DNA from: Eledone cirrhosa
Lineage: Eukaryota
NCBI GenBank assembly: GCA_964016885.1
Contig: OZ024741.1
Coordinates: forward strand, 172,918,001-172,982,000
DNA length: 64,000 nt
Direction: 5' to 3'
Each line of letters starts with the position of its first letter. Within the stretch, counting starts at the first letter, position 1. Both the position numbers and the translations under genes were made by a program. The notes beneath the pieces were generated by a model. The model ran no database searches and had not been told where the DNA came from. It saw only the letters and a list, made by a program, of their open reading frames with translations. Positions 63,871 through 64,000 of the stretch are shown here, piece after piece.

Positions 63871-64000
63871 ACACCTAAATGTGATAACAAGTGCAGACTC
63901 TGCAGAACTAACATCGAGGATATCACCCATGTCATCAGCAACTGCCCAAAGATGTCATCGCGGTACTATCTACCTATGAGGCATGATGTAGTGGCCAAAA
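63871..64000 (+). mobile_element. Third 5'-truncated R4/Dong-like retrotransposon (diverged subfamily), running off the window end
   Basis: Manual translation from 63871: TPKCDNKCRLCRTNIEDITHVISNCPKMSSRYYLPMRHDVVAK, homologous to DNKCRLCKTKIEDVSHIVAGCERMSSRYYLPMRHDGIAR of copy 1. Not in the ORF track. Confidence 0.9.

Overview
Eukaryotic, repeat-dominated DNA with no recognisable intact host gene. The SINE types and dense (TACA)n/(TG)n/(GATA)n microsatellites look like an octopus/cephalopod genome, but that is inference from recall. Bases 1 to ~48,530 are one G-rich minisatellite (33-bp consensus GACAAGGTGTGATGAGAGGAGAGGGTGGCAGTT plus a 30-bp variant, roughly 1,500 units, running off the left edge) with kb-scale higher-order duplications. 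The huge minus-strand ORFs in the track are translations of this array. The last 15.5 kb is transposon-rich. It holds two head-to-tail 5'-truncated copies of an R4/Dong-like RLE non-LTR retrotransposon and a third, diverged copy, each starting directly after a (TACA)n tract in the same orientation. It also holds a cluster of RTE-like 3' ends and bipartite derivatives with C2H2 fingers and (ATGT)n tails, two tRNA-derived SINE families, a mariner-derived MITE with a third internal TIR, a long hairpin and two weak candidate host exons. Best leads: apparent (TACA)n-specific retrotransposition, and the reading-frame bias of the array together with a TATA/Inr/splice-donor set facing into it.
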